A DNA stretch of 29,830 bases from an uncultured Pseudomonadota bacterium. GTDB taxonomy: Bacteria; Oederibacteriota; Muellerivitia; Muellerivitales; Muellerivitaceae. Numbering within the stretch: the stretch's first letter is position 1; each line of letters starts with the position of its first letter. The notes under the pieces are model-generated. The model did no database searches and was not told the DNA's origin. It worked only from the letters and a program-made list of their open reading frames with translations. Location: contig CAVYRH010000025.1 in the NCBI GenBank assembly GCA_963770835.1, forward strand, positions 1 through 29,830, in the 5' to 3' direction. Positions 1 through 8,914 of this stretch are shown piece by piece. Both the position numbers and the translations under genes were made by a program.

Positions 1-116
1 ATACGTGTCATTCGCATTTGTGAGGGCCATTGACACAAACAAAAAAACTTCCGACAAGTTCGGAGATTCGTAGGAAAAATTATTTTTTAAATTTTTTATT
101 GAGCAAAAAAGAAAAA

Positions 117-203
117 TGGTGCCCGAGGTCGGACTTGAACCGACATGTCCGTGAGGTCGATAGATTTTGAGTCTATTGCGTCTGCCAATTTCGCCACTCG
201 GGC
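117..203 (-). tRNA. tRNA-Leu (anticodon CAA)
   Basis: Reverse complement GCCCGAG-TGGCGAAATTGGCAGACGC-A-ATAGA-CTCAAAA-TCTAT-long variable arm-GTCGG-TTCAAGT-CCGAC-CTCGGGC-ACCA; cloverleaf with encoded CCA. Confidence 0.97.
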
Positions 204-243
204 TAACGGGTGGGAAGGCCCCAAGGATGGGGCAAGGTTGGTT

Positions 244-271
244 ATTTTATGGGAACACTAAGCAAAGTCAA
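244..271 (-). promoter_or_regulatory. Putative sigma70 promoter of tRNA-Leu
   Basis: TTGACT (271-266), 16-bp spacer, TAAAAT (249-244); the -35 overlaps the uxaC stop codon. Confidence 0.6.
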
Positions 272-1728
272 GGGACACGCGTGAACCCCGCGGCGGCATG
301 GCCCAAAGGAACATTGAAATAATCCACGGCGTTGAAAAAGCAGGTGTCCTGCGCCAGTTTTCCCAAAAGCTCCCTGTCGTCGGGCACAAGGCCTTTCTCA
401 ACATCCTGGCCCAGGAGGTTACAAACCAGCCGCCGGAAATAATCGTGGCGTGAAAACGAAAGGAAGCTGCGGGAATCGGTGGTCATGCCCACGAACCGCG
501 AAAGCAATCCCAGGTTGGACAGCACCCGTAAGTGGGCCTCCATGCCGTCCTTCTGGTCCAGGAACCACCAGGCGGGCCCCCATTGGACCTTCCCCGGCGT
601 AGAGCCGTCCTGGAAGTTGCCGCACATAGCCGCGAAGACTTCGTTGTCGGCGGGGTTCAGGTTAAAGAGGATGGTCTTGGCCAGTTGATTCGAAGAATCC
701 AAGCGGTCCAGGAACCGGGAGAGGGTTTGAGCCTGCGGGAAATCCCCAATGGAGTCGGCGCCAATATTGAGACCTGCTTGAGTCCTCAAGCGGGAGCTGT
801 TGTCGCGCAGGGCGCCCAGGTGGAACTGTTGGACCCATCCCCGGCTATGGTCCAAAAGAGCCAAATGGTAAAGCAGGTAGGATTTAAGATCCAGGGCCTT
901 GTCCGGTTCCAATCCACCGCCCGAACGAAGGCGGTTGAAGGCGGTGGAAGCCTCCTGGTCGGTAAAGGGTTCGGAATGGGCGCACTCTAAGCCGTGGTCA
1001 GAGGATCGGCATCCCTGGTCGTGGAAAAAACCGTGGCGTTTCTCCAGCGCCTCCAAAAACGAGTTTAGGGACCCGACGGCTATGTCCGAAACCGTCTCCA
1101 GTTGTCCCACCCAGTCGTTCCAGGCTTTGGGGTCTTCAACCGCCAAGGCCTTGTCGGGACGCCAAGTCGGGTAAACGCGGGTGGCTGGATCCTTCTTTAA
1201 GGCCAGCCATTCATGGTGTTCCAAGGAATCCACGGGGTCGTCGGTGGTACAGACCACCGCCACCTTGAACTTTTCCAGGAGCCCCAGGGTGGAAAAACCG
1301 GGCTGGGAAAGCAGTTGTCCCGCCTTGTCGTAAATTTCCCTGCCCATCCGCGAGTCGAGGAGGACATCGATGCCAAAGGGACGTCGAAGTTCCATGTGCG
1401 TCCAGTGATAGAGGGGGTTGCGGAGTGTTTTGGGCATCGTGGCTGCCCAAGCCTCGAATTTCTCCCAGTCGGACGTATCTTTGCCCGTGCAATAGCGCTC
1501 AGCGACGCCATTGGCGCGCATGGCCCGCCACTTGTAATGGTCGTCCGAGAGCCAGATTTCGGTGAGGGAGGAAAAACGGTGGTCCTCCGCGATCATCTTC
1601 GGGGAAAGGTGGTTGTGGTAGTCCAGGATGGGCAAGGGCTCGGCATAGCGGTGGTAAAGCTCCTCCGCGACCGAGTTTTCCAAGAGGAAGTTGTCGTTGA
1701 TGAAGTTTTTGATGAATTGCCTCCCCAA
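268..1728 (-). CDS. uxaC: Glucuronate (uronate) isomerase; real start may be ATC at 1713
   Basis: DYHNHL, DHYKWRAMRANG, NPLYHWTHMEL, TTDDP, SDHG, WWFLDQKDGM, GMTTDSRSFLSFSRHDYFRR motifs. Confidence 0.96.
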   Translation of the reverse strand: MGRQFIKNFINDNFLLENSVAEELYHRYAEPLPILDYHNHLSPKMIAEDHRFSSLTEIWLSDDHYKWRAMRANGVAERYCTGKDTSDWEKFEAWAATMPKTLRNPLYHWTHMELRRPFGIDVLLDSRMGREIYDKAGQLLSQPGFSTLGLLEKFKVAVVCTTDDPVDSLEHHEWLALKKDPATRVYPTWRPDKALAVEDPKAWNDWVGQLETVSDIAVGSLNSFLEALEKRHGFFHDQGCRSSDHGLECAHSEPFTDQEASTAFNRLRSGGGLEPDKALDLKSYLLYHLALLDHSRGWVQQFHLGALRDNSSRLRTQAGLNIGADSIGDFPQAQTLSRFLDRLDSSNQLAKTILFNLNPADNEVFAAMCGNFQDGSTPGKVQWGPAWWFLDQKDGMEAHLRVLSNLGLLSRFVGMTTDSRSFLSFSRHDYFRRLVCNLLGQDVEKGLVPDDRELLGKLAQDTCFFNAVDYFNVPLGHAAAGFTRVP

Positions 1729-1937
1729 CTTTTGACGCGGTTATTTAAAAATGGACAAACCCCAAATGCGACCGGCTTAGAAATAACCACGCGAACAAGA
1801 TAACAACTCCAACTTGGACCAGGGCAACGAGGATGGCTTTTATAAATTTGCCAATCCCAGGAGAGTCACGATCCTCAGATTCATCTTCATCTAACACCGA
1901 TAGGCTCCCCACTCATTTTTCAAGTTCAAATCGGCAA

Positions 1938-2555
1938 CTAGGCGAAGACAAAGACGATCCGATATTCTTTTTTTCGCCCCTTTTTCCAAACCCAGGCCGG
2001 GTCGCTAGCCTCACCCCGGGTCACAAAGGCGTGGAGGAAAGGTGTCCACTGGCGGTTATCCTGCAGGACCAGATGAAGTCCAGGAGCCTGGATCTTGAGA
2101 GTCTTTCCACCTAATAAGGGATGGGGCCCTAACCTCAAGGCCTTGGTTTTCCCTTCCGCCATTTTGATGTCGGCCGGAGTTTTTTGGGGAATCACTCCTT
2201 TTTTCTTGCCGAACTCGAATGCCTTCCCGGCCCAGTCCTTATAGGGCAGGTTCACGACCTGGCGGACATGGATGAGTTTTACGTCCGACAAGGGCATCAC
2301 CACCACCCGGACTTCCAGTCCCTTCGGAATGAATTTAACGGTTGTTTTCAAACCAATGAGGCCATCCGGCAGTTTCACCAATCCCTGCGGGGCCTTGCCT
2401 TTCGGGGAGGGCCGGGCGGTGTTCTTGACCCAACCCTCGATAAAAAGCTCGGGGGTGACAACCGCGATTTTCTTCGGCCCGTAAAAAAGGGCCGCGCTCC
2501 CCTCATCCAGGATTTTCGCCGTTAAAAGCGTTGGATTCGATTTTTCGGGTTTCAT
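1938..2555 (-). CDS. Hypothetical basic, beta-rich protein (205 aa, starts MKPEKSN)
   Basis: ATG at 2555 with SD-like AAGGGAA; ATGA overlap with the MFS stop; the ORF-track extension to 2954 lies inside the MFS gene in another frame. Confidence 0.75.
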   Translation of the reverse strand: MKPEKSNPTLLTAKILDEGSAALFYGPKKIAVVTPELFIEGWVKNTARPSPKGKAPQGLVKLPDGLIGLKTTVKFIPKGLEVRVVVMPLSDVKLIHVRQVVNLPYKDWAGKAFEFGKKKGVIPQKTPADIKMAEGKTKALRLGPHPLLGGKTLKIQAPGLHLVLQDNRQWTPFLHAFVTRGEASDPAWVWKKGRKKEYRIVFVFA

Positions 2556-3844
2556 AGTTCCCTTTTGTTTTTTCCGGTTGGGATAGGCTCCAGCCGGGGA
2601 GCCAGGGCCTGGATCGCGGCTAGGGCGGCAAGATAGGCGAAACCGGCCACCAGGAAAACCGGCGTATAGCTTCCAGTCCATTGGAGAAGGTAGCCCACGG
2701 CCGTCGCGATCACCATGCCGCTGAGCGCCCCCCCAAAACTGCCGAAACCCACGGCCGAGCCCACGGCCCGGCGCGGAAACATGTCCGAAACCAGGGTATA
2801 GAGGTTGGCCGACCAGCCCTGGTGGGCCGCCGCAGCCAGGCCGATCAAGGCCACCGCCCCCCAGACCGTGGTGGCGTTCGCAACGAAAACAATGGGGACC
2901 ACGCAGAGGGCGCAGGACAGGAGGGCGGTCTTGCGGCTTGAGTTCAGGCTCCATCCCCGTTTAATCAAAGAGGAGGAAAGCCATCCTCCCGCGATGCTCC
3001 CCAAGTCCGCCATGAGGTAAATGGTGATAAGGGGAAGCCGTATTTCAGAGAGGGAGATGCTGTATTTCTCGTTGAGGAACTTCGGTAGCCAGGCAAGGTA
3101 GAACCACCAGATGGGGTCGGTGAGAAACTTGCCAGCGGCAAAGGCCCAGGTTTGCCGGAAACGGACCAAGGCCGCCCAGGGCATGGGTTTTTCCATTTTC
3201 TCGGAGTCGCTGCGGATGTAGCGGAACTCGGCCTTGGAAAGCCGGGGGTGGGATTCGGGTGCCCGGTAGAAAACCCACCAAAAACTCAGCCAAAGAAACC
3301 CGAGCGTCCCGGTTGCCACAAAGGTCCAGGGCCATCCCAAAGAGAGGGTAAGGGAAGGAACGAGGGCGGCCGCAACCAGTATTCCAACATTGCTGCCGGC
3401 ATTGAAGAGGCCGGTGGCCAGGGCCCTTTCCTTTTTGGGGAACCATTCGGCGACGGTTTTGACGGCCGCCGGGAAATTCGCCCCTTCCCCGAGTCCCAGC
3501 CAAAAGCGGGCCACCCCAAAACCGAAAGGGCTGCGGGCCAGGGCTTGGCCTATGGCGGCCAGGCTCCAAAGGCCGATGGCCAGGGCAAAACCGAGCCTTG
3601 TGCCCAAATAGTCCAGCAACCGGCCGGCCAATAGCAGGCCGAGGGCGTAGGCGCCTTGGAAAGCGGTGACGATATGGCCGTATTCAACCTCGGTCCAGCC
3701 CACGGAATGCTGGAGATCCGGCGCCAGGATGCCCAGGACCTGGCGTTGGATGTAATTGACGGCGGTGGCCAGGAAAAGGAGGCCGCAAATGACCCAGCGG
3801 ACATGCCCGATGGCGGGCTTAGGCTTTGCTACAGATTTTTTCAT
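2552..3844 (-). CDS. exuT: MFS hexuronate transporter (ExuT-like, ACS family)
   Basis: RWVICGLLFLATAVNY, GEGANFPAAVKTVAEWFPKKERALATGLFNAGSNVG, KFLTDPIWWFYLAWLP, AAHQGWSANLYT; about 12 hydrophobic segments. Confidence 0.9.
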   Translation of the reverse strand: MKKSVAKPKPAIGHVRWVICGLLFLATAVNYIQRQVLGILAPDLQHSVGWTEVEYGHIVTAFQGAYALGLLLAGRLLDYLGTRLGFALAIGLWSLAAIGQALARSPFGFGVARFWLGLGEGANFPAAVKTVAEWFPKKERALATGLFNAGSNVGILVAAALVPSLTLSLGWPWTFVATGTLGFLWLSFWWVFYRAPESHPRLSKAEFRYIRSDSEKMEKPMPWAALVRFRQTWAFAAGKFLTDPIWWFYLAWLPKFLNEKYSISLSEIRLPLITIYLMADLGSIAGGWLSSSLIKRGWSLNSSRKTALLSCALCVVPIVFVANATTVWGAVALIGLAAAAHQGWSANLYTLVSDMFPRRAVGSAVGFGSFGGALSGMVIATAVGYLLQWTGSYTPVFLVAGFAYLAALAAIQALAPRLEPIPTGKNKREL

Positions 3845-3886
3845 TGGGAACCTTTCCGTAAGGCGAACGGCAAATCAATTGGGCTA

Positions 3887-4663
3887 CTACTGGTTCACAC
3901 CACTGGCAAGAAAGCCGCCGTCCACGGCCAGGATTTCACCGTTCACATAACTGGCCCCGTCCGAAGCCAGGAACACAGCGGCCCCGGCCAGTTCTTCAAC
4001 CTTTCCGAAACGTTTGAGGGGGATGCGGGTCAGGAATTCCGCGCCCCGGGGAGTCCCGTTGAGGATTTTTTCGTTCAAGGGGGTCGGAAAAACACCGGGC
4101 GCAATAGCATTCACGTTCACACCCTTGGGCCCCCATTCCAGGGCCAGGGACTTGGTCAGGGCGCCAACGCCGGCCTTGCTGGCGCCATAAGCCGCCACCT
4201 CGAAGAGCGCCAGGTGGGTAGCGATGGAGGCGATGTTAATGATTCGGCCCCAGCCTTGTTTCAACATGGGAGGGGCGAAGACTTTGCAGGCCCGAAGGGT
4301 GCCGGTCAGGTTGGTTTCCAGGATGGCATTCCAGTCCGCCTCGTCCATTTCCATCGTCGGGCCCTTTTTGGTCCGGCCCGCGCTGTTGACCAGGATATCC
4401 ACCCGGCCCAGCGCCTTCAGGGCCGTTTCACGGGCCGTTTCCAGGCTTTTCACGTCGGTCACGTCCGCCGTGGTCCGGACGGTTCGCTTGCCGAGTTTTT
4501 CGATCTCGGCCGCGGTCTTTTCAACTTCGTCCTTGCGCCTGGAACAGGCCACAACATCCGCCCCCGCCTGGGCCAAACCCAGGGCAATGGCGTGCCCGAT
4601 ACCCGAAGTGCCGCCGATAACAACGGCCACCTTGCCGGTTAAGTCCAAAGGCTTGTAAACCAC
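3887..4663 (-). CDS. SDR-family oxidoreductase (KduD/gluconate 5-dehydrogenase-like; candidate fructuronate reductase)
   Basis: GGTSGIG, NSAG, NIAS, YGASK catalytic motif, NAIAPG, VDGG. Confidence 0.88.
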   Translation of the reverse strand: MVYKPLDLTGKVAVVIGGTSGIGHAIALGLAQAGADVVACSRRKDEVEKTAAEIEKLGKRTVRTTADVTDVKSLETARETALKALGRVDILVNSAGRTKKGPTMEMDEADWNAILETNLTGTLRACKVFAPPMLKQGWGRIINIASIATHLALFEVAAYGASKAGVGALTKSLALEWGPKGVNVNAIAPGVFPTPLNEKILNGTPRGAEFLTRIPLKRFGKVEELAGAAVFLASDGASYVNGEILAVDGGFLASGVNQ

Positions 4664-4693
4664 AGATCAACCTCCGTTCAAACCCCAAATCAT

Positions 4694-4789
4694 TTTGGCC
4701 GCAGATTTTCGAAAATCATCACTGAATAAAAACTTTAGGCAAATAAGTCTTCTTGCAAGCTGCGAAGATTTGCGCCGATCTGCGGCAAA
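4694..4789. repeat. Intergenic inverted-repeat element
   Basis: gccgcagat (4698-4706) and atctgcggc (4778-4786), with decayed repeats (atttgcgccgatctgcgg) around an AT-rich spacer. Confidence 0.55.
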
Positions 4790-4801
4790 CTTGCCGTGCC
4801 G

Positions 4802-6010
4802 TTACCAGGAATGCAGCGTTCCATCCAGTTTGCGGTTGACCGGCAGATAGGCGCGTTCGTAAGGATATTTAGCCGCCAAAGCTTCATCCAAGTCCACTCC
4901 CAAGCCCGGTTTTTCTCCAGGATGAAGGTAGCCATCCTTGAAGCTATAGGCGTGGGGGAATACCTGGTCGGTTTCCTTGCTGTGCCGCATGTATTCCTGG
5001 ATACCGAAGTTGTGTACCGAAAGGTCGAAGTGGAGAGCTGCGCCCATGGCTACGGGGGAAAGGTCGGTGGCTCCGTGGCAACCGGTACGAACCTGGTAAT
5101 GTTCGGCCAAATGGGCGATCTTCCGCAGGTGGGTGATGCCCCCCGCATGCACCACGGTCGAGCGGATATAGTCGATCAGTTGTTCTTGGATCAACAGCTG
5201 GCAATCGTAAATAGAGTTGAAAACCTCCCCCACCGCAAGAGGGGTGGTGGTGTGTTTTCGGATCAATCGGAAGCCTTCCTGCAGTTCGGCGGGCACGGGG
5301 TCCTCCAGCCAGAAAAGCCGGTAGGGTTCCAGATCCTTGCCCAGCCGGGCCGCCTCGATGGGTGTCAGGCGGTGGTGGGCGTCGTGGAGCAGGTGCACAT
5401 CCCAACCGTACTTCTCGCGAGCCTTCTTGAAAAGCTCGGGGGCTGAGCGAAGGTAGGCTTCCGTGTCCCAGGTGGCCTCGGGTGGCAGGCCTTTCTCGGC
5501 CGGTTCATAATGATCTTTGCCCCCGCCCACGCCGTAGGTCTTGGGCAGGCCCGGCACGCCCGACTGCAGTCGCACAGCCTTATAACCCTGTTTCAGGTAA
5601 TCCCCCAGGGCGGAAAGGGTCTCTTCCACCGTTTCACCGCTAGCATGCCCGTAGCAAAGCACCCCCTCGCGGGAGGCCCCGCCTATAAGCTGATAAAGGG
5701 GGCGGTTGACGGACTTGCCCAGGATGTCCCAAAGGGCCATGTCGATGGCCGCGATGGCCGTCATGGTGACCGGCCCCCGGCGCCAATAGGCGCCTTTATA
5801 GAAATATTGCCAGGTGTCCTCGATATTGCGGGCATCCCGCCCAATCAGGCAGGGGATCAAGTGGTCTTTGAGATAGCTAGCCACCGAGAGTTCGCGGCCG
5901 TTGAGGGTGGCGTCGCCCAGGCCGTAGAGGCCGTCTTCGGTGGTGATTTTGAGGGTGACGAAATTGCGGCCAGGACTACAAACGATGACCTTGGCGTCAG
6001 TGATCTTCAA
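4802..6010 (-). CDS. manD: D-mannonate dehydratase, enolase superfamily (ManD/RspA)
   Basis: TTG start at 6010 after [68 protein letters not shown]; 402 aa. Confidence 0.92.
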   Translation of the reverse strand: MKITDAKVIVCSPGRNFVTLKITTEDGLYGLGDATLNGRELSVASYLKDHLIPCLIGRDARNIEDTWQYFYKGAYWRRGPVTMTAIAAIDMALWDILGKSVNRPLYQLIGGASREGVLCYGHASGETVEETLSALGDYLKQGYKAVRLQSGVPGLPKTYGVGGGKDHYEPAEKGLPPEATWDTEAYLRSAPELFKKAREKYGWDVHLLHDAHHRLTPIEAARLGKDLEPYRLFWLEDPVPAELQEGFRLIRKHTTTPLAVGEVFNSIYDCQLLIQEQLIDYIRSTVVHAGGITHLRKIAHLAEHYQVRTGCHGATDLSPVAMGAALHFDLSVHNFGIQEYMRHSKETDQVFPHAYSFKDGYLHPGEKPGLGVDLDEALAAKYPYERAYLPVNRKLDGTLHSW

Positions 6011-6043
6011 TCGAACCCCCTCTTCAAAGGTGGAATGCCGTCC

Positions 6044-6113
6044 GGTATACCACCCGGTAAATGGCCCCGTCAACAACCGGGGGGCCAGAAGAAACCAGGT
6101 TTTATGCTATCCT
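6044..6113. promoter_or_regulatory. Divergent promoter region manD / kdgK
   Basis: Minus strand: TTGACG(6073-6068)-18 bp-TATACC(6049-6044) with TGn extension; plus strand: extended -10 TGcTATCCT (6105-6113). Confidence 0.45.
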
Positions 6114-6155
6114 GAATCGCGCTGGTAAGGACTTTGAAACAGGGAGCCTGAATCC

Positions 6156-7241
6156 ATGGCTTTGAAAATCAAACCCGCGGGCGAAGCCGAGTTTGACCTG
6201 CTGGCCCTTGGCGAATGCATGATCCGCCTAAGCCCGCCCGGGCATCAGCGCATTGAATTGACCCCGGTTTTTGAAGCCTATGCCGGTGGCGCCGAATATA
6301 ACGTGGCCTATGCGCTCTCGCGCTTCGGCCTGAAGACATCCTGGGTTTCGCGGCTGGTGGAAAACCCCTTGGGCGCTTTCATCCGCAATCATGCCCGGGC
6401 CAGCGGAATGGATTTGAGTGAAGTGGTTTGGGTCCCCTATGATGGCGTAGGCTTGGCGGACCGTGTCGGATTGAACTTCACCGAAGTGGGCATGGGCCCG
6501 CGCCCCAGCGTCACCCTTTACGACCGGGGCCACAGCGCCGTTTCCCACCTGAAACCCGGCGAGGTGGACTGGAAAAGGATTTTCACCCGGCGCAAGACCC
6601 GTTGGTTCCATACCGGCGGCATCTTCACGGCCTTGGGCGGTAATTGCGCCCAAGTGGCCTTGGAAGCCATGACGGCGGCCCGGCAATCCGGAGCCGTGGT
6701 CAGTTACGACCTGAACTTCCGCGGCAAATTGTGGTCGAGCAAGCAAGCCATTGAGGCAACCTCCAAGCTGGTCCCCTTCATGGACATCCTCATCGGTAAC
6801 GAGGAGGACTTCCAAAAAGTTTTGGGTTTCGAGGTGGAAGGCGCGGACGCTGCCTTGAAAACCCTGCCGGTGGAAGGCTATCAACGGATGGTGGAAAAGG
6901 TGGTCAAAGCCCATCCCCATCTCAAGGCCGTCGGCACCACCCTGCGTGAAGTGGTCAGCGGAGGAATCAATCATTGGTCCGTAATTCTTTGGGCGGATGG
7001 CAAGTTTTACCGGTCGAAGCGCTATGAAAACCTGGAAATCGAGGATCGTGTGGGCGGCGGTGACGGTTTTTGCAGCGGGATGACCTATGGTTTCCTGAAC
7101 GGCCAGGGGCCCCAGGAATGCGTGGAAATGGGCGCGGCCCACGGTGCCCTGGTGCAGGGCACCCGTGGCGACACCAGTATGGTGACGTTAGAAGAAGTGA
7201 AACACGTAATGGGCGGCGGCAGCGCAAGAATCCAACGGTAG
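6156..7241 (+). CDS. kdgK: 2-keto-3-deoxygluconate kinase (PfkB family)
   Basis: LGECMIRL, GGAEYNVA, FHTGGIF, SYDLNFR, NEED, DRVGGGDGF PfkB signature; hexuronate context. Confidence 0.9.
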   Translation: MALKIKPAGEAEFDLLALGECMIRLSPPGHQRIELTPVFEAYAGGAEYNVAYALSRFGLKTSWVSRLVENPLGAFIRNHARASGMDLSEVVWVPYDGVGLADRVGLNFTEVGMGPRPSVTLYDRGHSAVSHLKPGEVDWKRIFTRRKTRWFHTGGIFTALGGNCAQVALEAMTAARQSGAVVSYDLNFRGKLWSSKQAIEATSKLVPFMDILIGNEEDFQKVLGFEVEGADAALKTLPVEGYQRMVEKVVKAHPHLKAVGTTLREVVSGGINHWSVILWADGKFYRSKRYENLEIEDRVGGGDGFCSGMTYGFLNGQGPQECVEMGAAHGALVQGTRGDTSMVTLEEVKHVMGGGSARIQR

Positions 7242-7252
7242 GAGGGGCGATA

Positions 7253-7930
7253 ATGGCCCGTTTTGATCGTTTGAAAGTCTATAACACCCTGATGGAGACG
7301 GGCTTAGTGCCTCTCTTTTACGAGGCCAAACTGGAAACCGCCCAGAAGATCCTGAAGGCCCTTTTCGATGGCGGTGCCAGGGTGGTGGAATTCACCAACC
7401 GGGGCGACGGCGCCATTGATGTTTTTACCCAATTGGCCCAATTTGCCGCCTCTTCCTTCCCTTCCCTCATCCTGGGAGTAGGTTCCATCGTCGAGGCCCC
7501 TACCGCGGCCCTTTACCTGGCCCACGGCGCCAACTTCGTGGTGGGCCCCTGCCTCAATCCTGAAATATCCAGGCTCTGTAACCGCCATAAGATCGCCTAT
7601 GTCCCGGGCTGTGGAACGGTGAGCGAAATTTCCCAAGCCGAGGAGCTGGGCGCGGAAATCGTCAAGGTTTTCCCCGGAAGTTCAGTAGGCGGACCTTCTT
7701 TTGTGAAGGCCGTCCTGGGCCCCATGCCCTGGAGCCGTTTGATGCCAACGGGTGTGGAAGCCAGCCAGGAAAGTGTCGAGAGCTGGATCAAGGCGGGCGC
7801 CGCCTGCGTGGGGCTAGGAAGCGGGCTTATCCGTCAGCAATGGGTGAAAGCCGGCAAGTTCAACGAAATCAGCGGTTTGACCAAGCAAGCATTGGGCTGG
7901 ATAGCGGAAGCCCGAAAGGGTGGAAAATAA
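7253..7930 (+). CDS. eda: KDPG/KHG aldolase
   Basis: ATG 7253 after GGAGGGG; VEFTNRG, LGVGSI, GANFVVGP, VKVFPG (Schiff-base Lys), MPTG. Confidence 0.92.
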   Translation: MARFDRLKVYNTLMETGLVPLFYEAKLETAQKILKALFDGGARVVEFTNRGDGAIDVFTQLAQFAASSFPSLILGVGSIVEAPTAALYLAHGANFVVGPCLNPEISRLCNRHKIAYVPGCGTVSEISQAEELGAEIVKVFPGSSVGGPSFVKAVLGPMPWSRLMPTGVEASQESVESWIKAGAACVGLGSGLIRQQWVKAGKFNEISGLTKQALGWIAEARKGGK

Positions 7931-7942
7931 AACGGATACCGG

Positions 7943-8914
7943 TCAGGTATTTCCGGTTCCGGGCAGGCCGTCCCAAAAATCGGTTAAATTCGGTGGCAAG
8001 TTGTCTTCGAATTCCATCCGCTTCCCTGTTTCAGGATGGGGGAGCTCCAATCGGTAGGCGTGCAAGGCCACCCGGGGCAAAAGCACCCTTTCCTTCAACC
8101 AATCGTCCCAATCGTTCTCGTAAAAATGCAGGAAGGTCTCATCGTTACCGGAATAAAGCTTGTCCCCCACGATGGAAAATCCCAGGTGTTCAAGGTGAAC
8201 GCGGATTTGGTGGGTGCGGCCGGTTAGGGGTTTCGCCTGGATGAGTGAGAATTCGCCTTTCGTCTCCAAAAGTTCGAATTCGGTGATGGAGGCATGCCCC
8301 TCTTCCGCCGTCACCGCCAGCTTCATCCGGATTTCACTCCCCTTCTTCGGCCCTATCGGGGCATCGACTTTCTGCCGGCCTTGGGGGAACCGCCCAAACA
8401 CGATGGCCCGGTAGGTCTTTTGAACCTCCGGAGTACGCCACTGGGTTTGAAGCTTTTTTAAATACTTGGGGTCTTTCACAAGGGCCAGGAGGCCGCTGGT
8501 TTCCGAGTCAAGCCGATGGACCAGGTGAAAGTCCTGGGCTTCCGGCCGGTCGCGCCGGAGCAGGTGCATCAGCGTATTGCGGAAATAGGCCCCAATAGCG
8601 TGCACGGGAAGGGGCGCCGGTTTGGAAACCACCAGCAACTGGCCGTCCTCATAGACCACGCGGTAATCAGGATTGACCACCGGTTCTTCCCAGGCGTTCG
8701 TCGTATAGGCCACTTCGTCTCCAGCTCTTAAGGGCTGTCCGGGCGAGGCCGCGTGGTCATTCACCAGCACCTTTCCGGAGGCGATGCGTTCCTCCCATTC
8801 GCCGGGCGATAGGTATTTGAATTTGGAAACGAGGAATTCCAGTAAGGTTTGGGAACTCTTGGAGGAGATTTGGCTCCGGAGGGTGATTTCTTTATGGATG
8901 GGTTCAAGTTTCAT
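7943..8914 (-). CDS. RluA/RluD-family RNA pseudouridine synthase with S4-like N-terminus
   Basis: SKPAPLPVH, HRLDSETSG, TGRTHQIRVH, IVGDKLY, LHAYRL; ATG 8914 overlaps the priA stop (ATGA). Confidence 0.92.
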   Translation of the reverse strand: MKLEPIHKEITLRSQISSKSSQTLLEFLVSKFKYLSPGEWEERIASGKVLVNDHAASPGQPLRAGDEVAYTTNAWEEPVVNPDYRVVYEDGQLLVVSKPAPLPVHAIGAYFRNTLMHLLRRDRPEAQDFHLVHRLDSETSGLLALVKDPKYLKKLQTQWRTPEVQKTYRAIVFGRFPQGRQKVDAPIGPKKGSEIRMKLAVTAEEGHASITEFELLETKGEFSLIQAKPLTGRTHQIRVHLEHLGFSIVGDKLYSGNDETFLHFYENDWDDWLKERVLLPRVALHAYRLELPHPETGKRMEFEDNLPPNLTDFWDGLPGTGNT

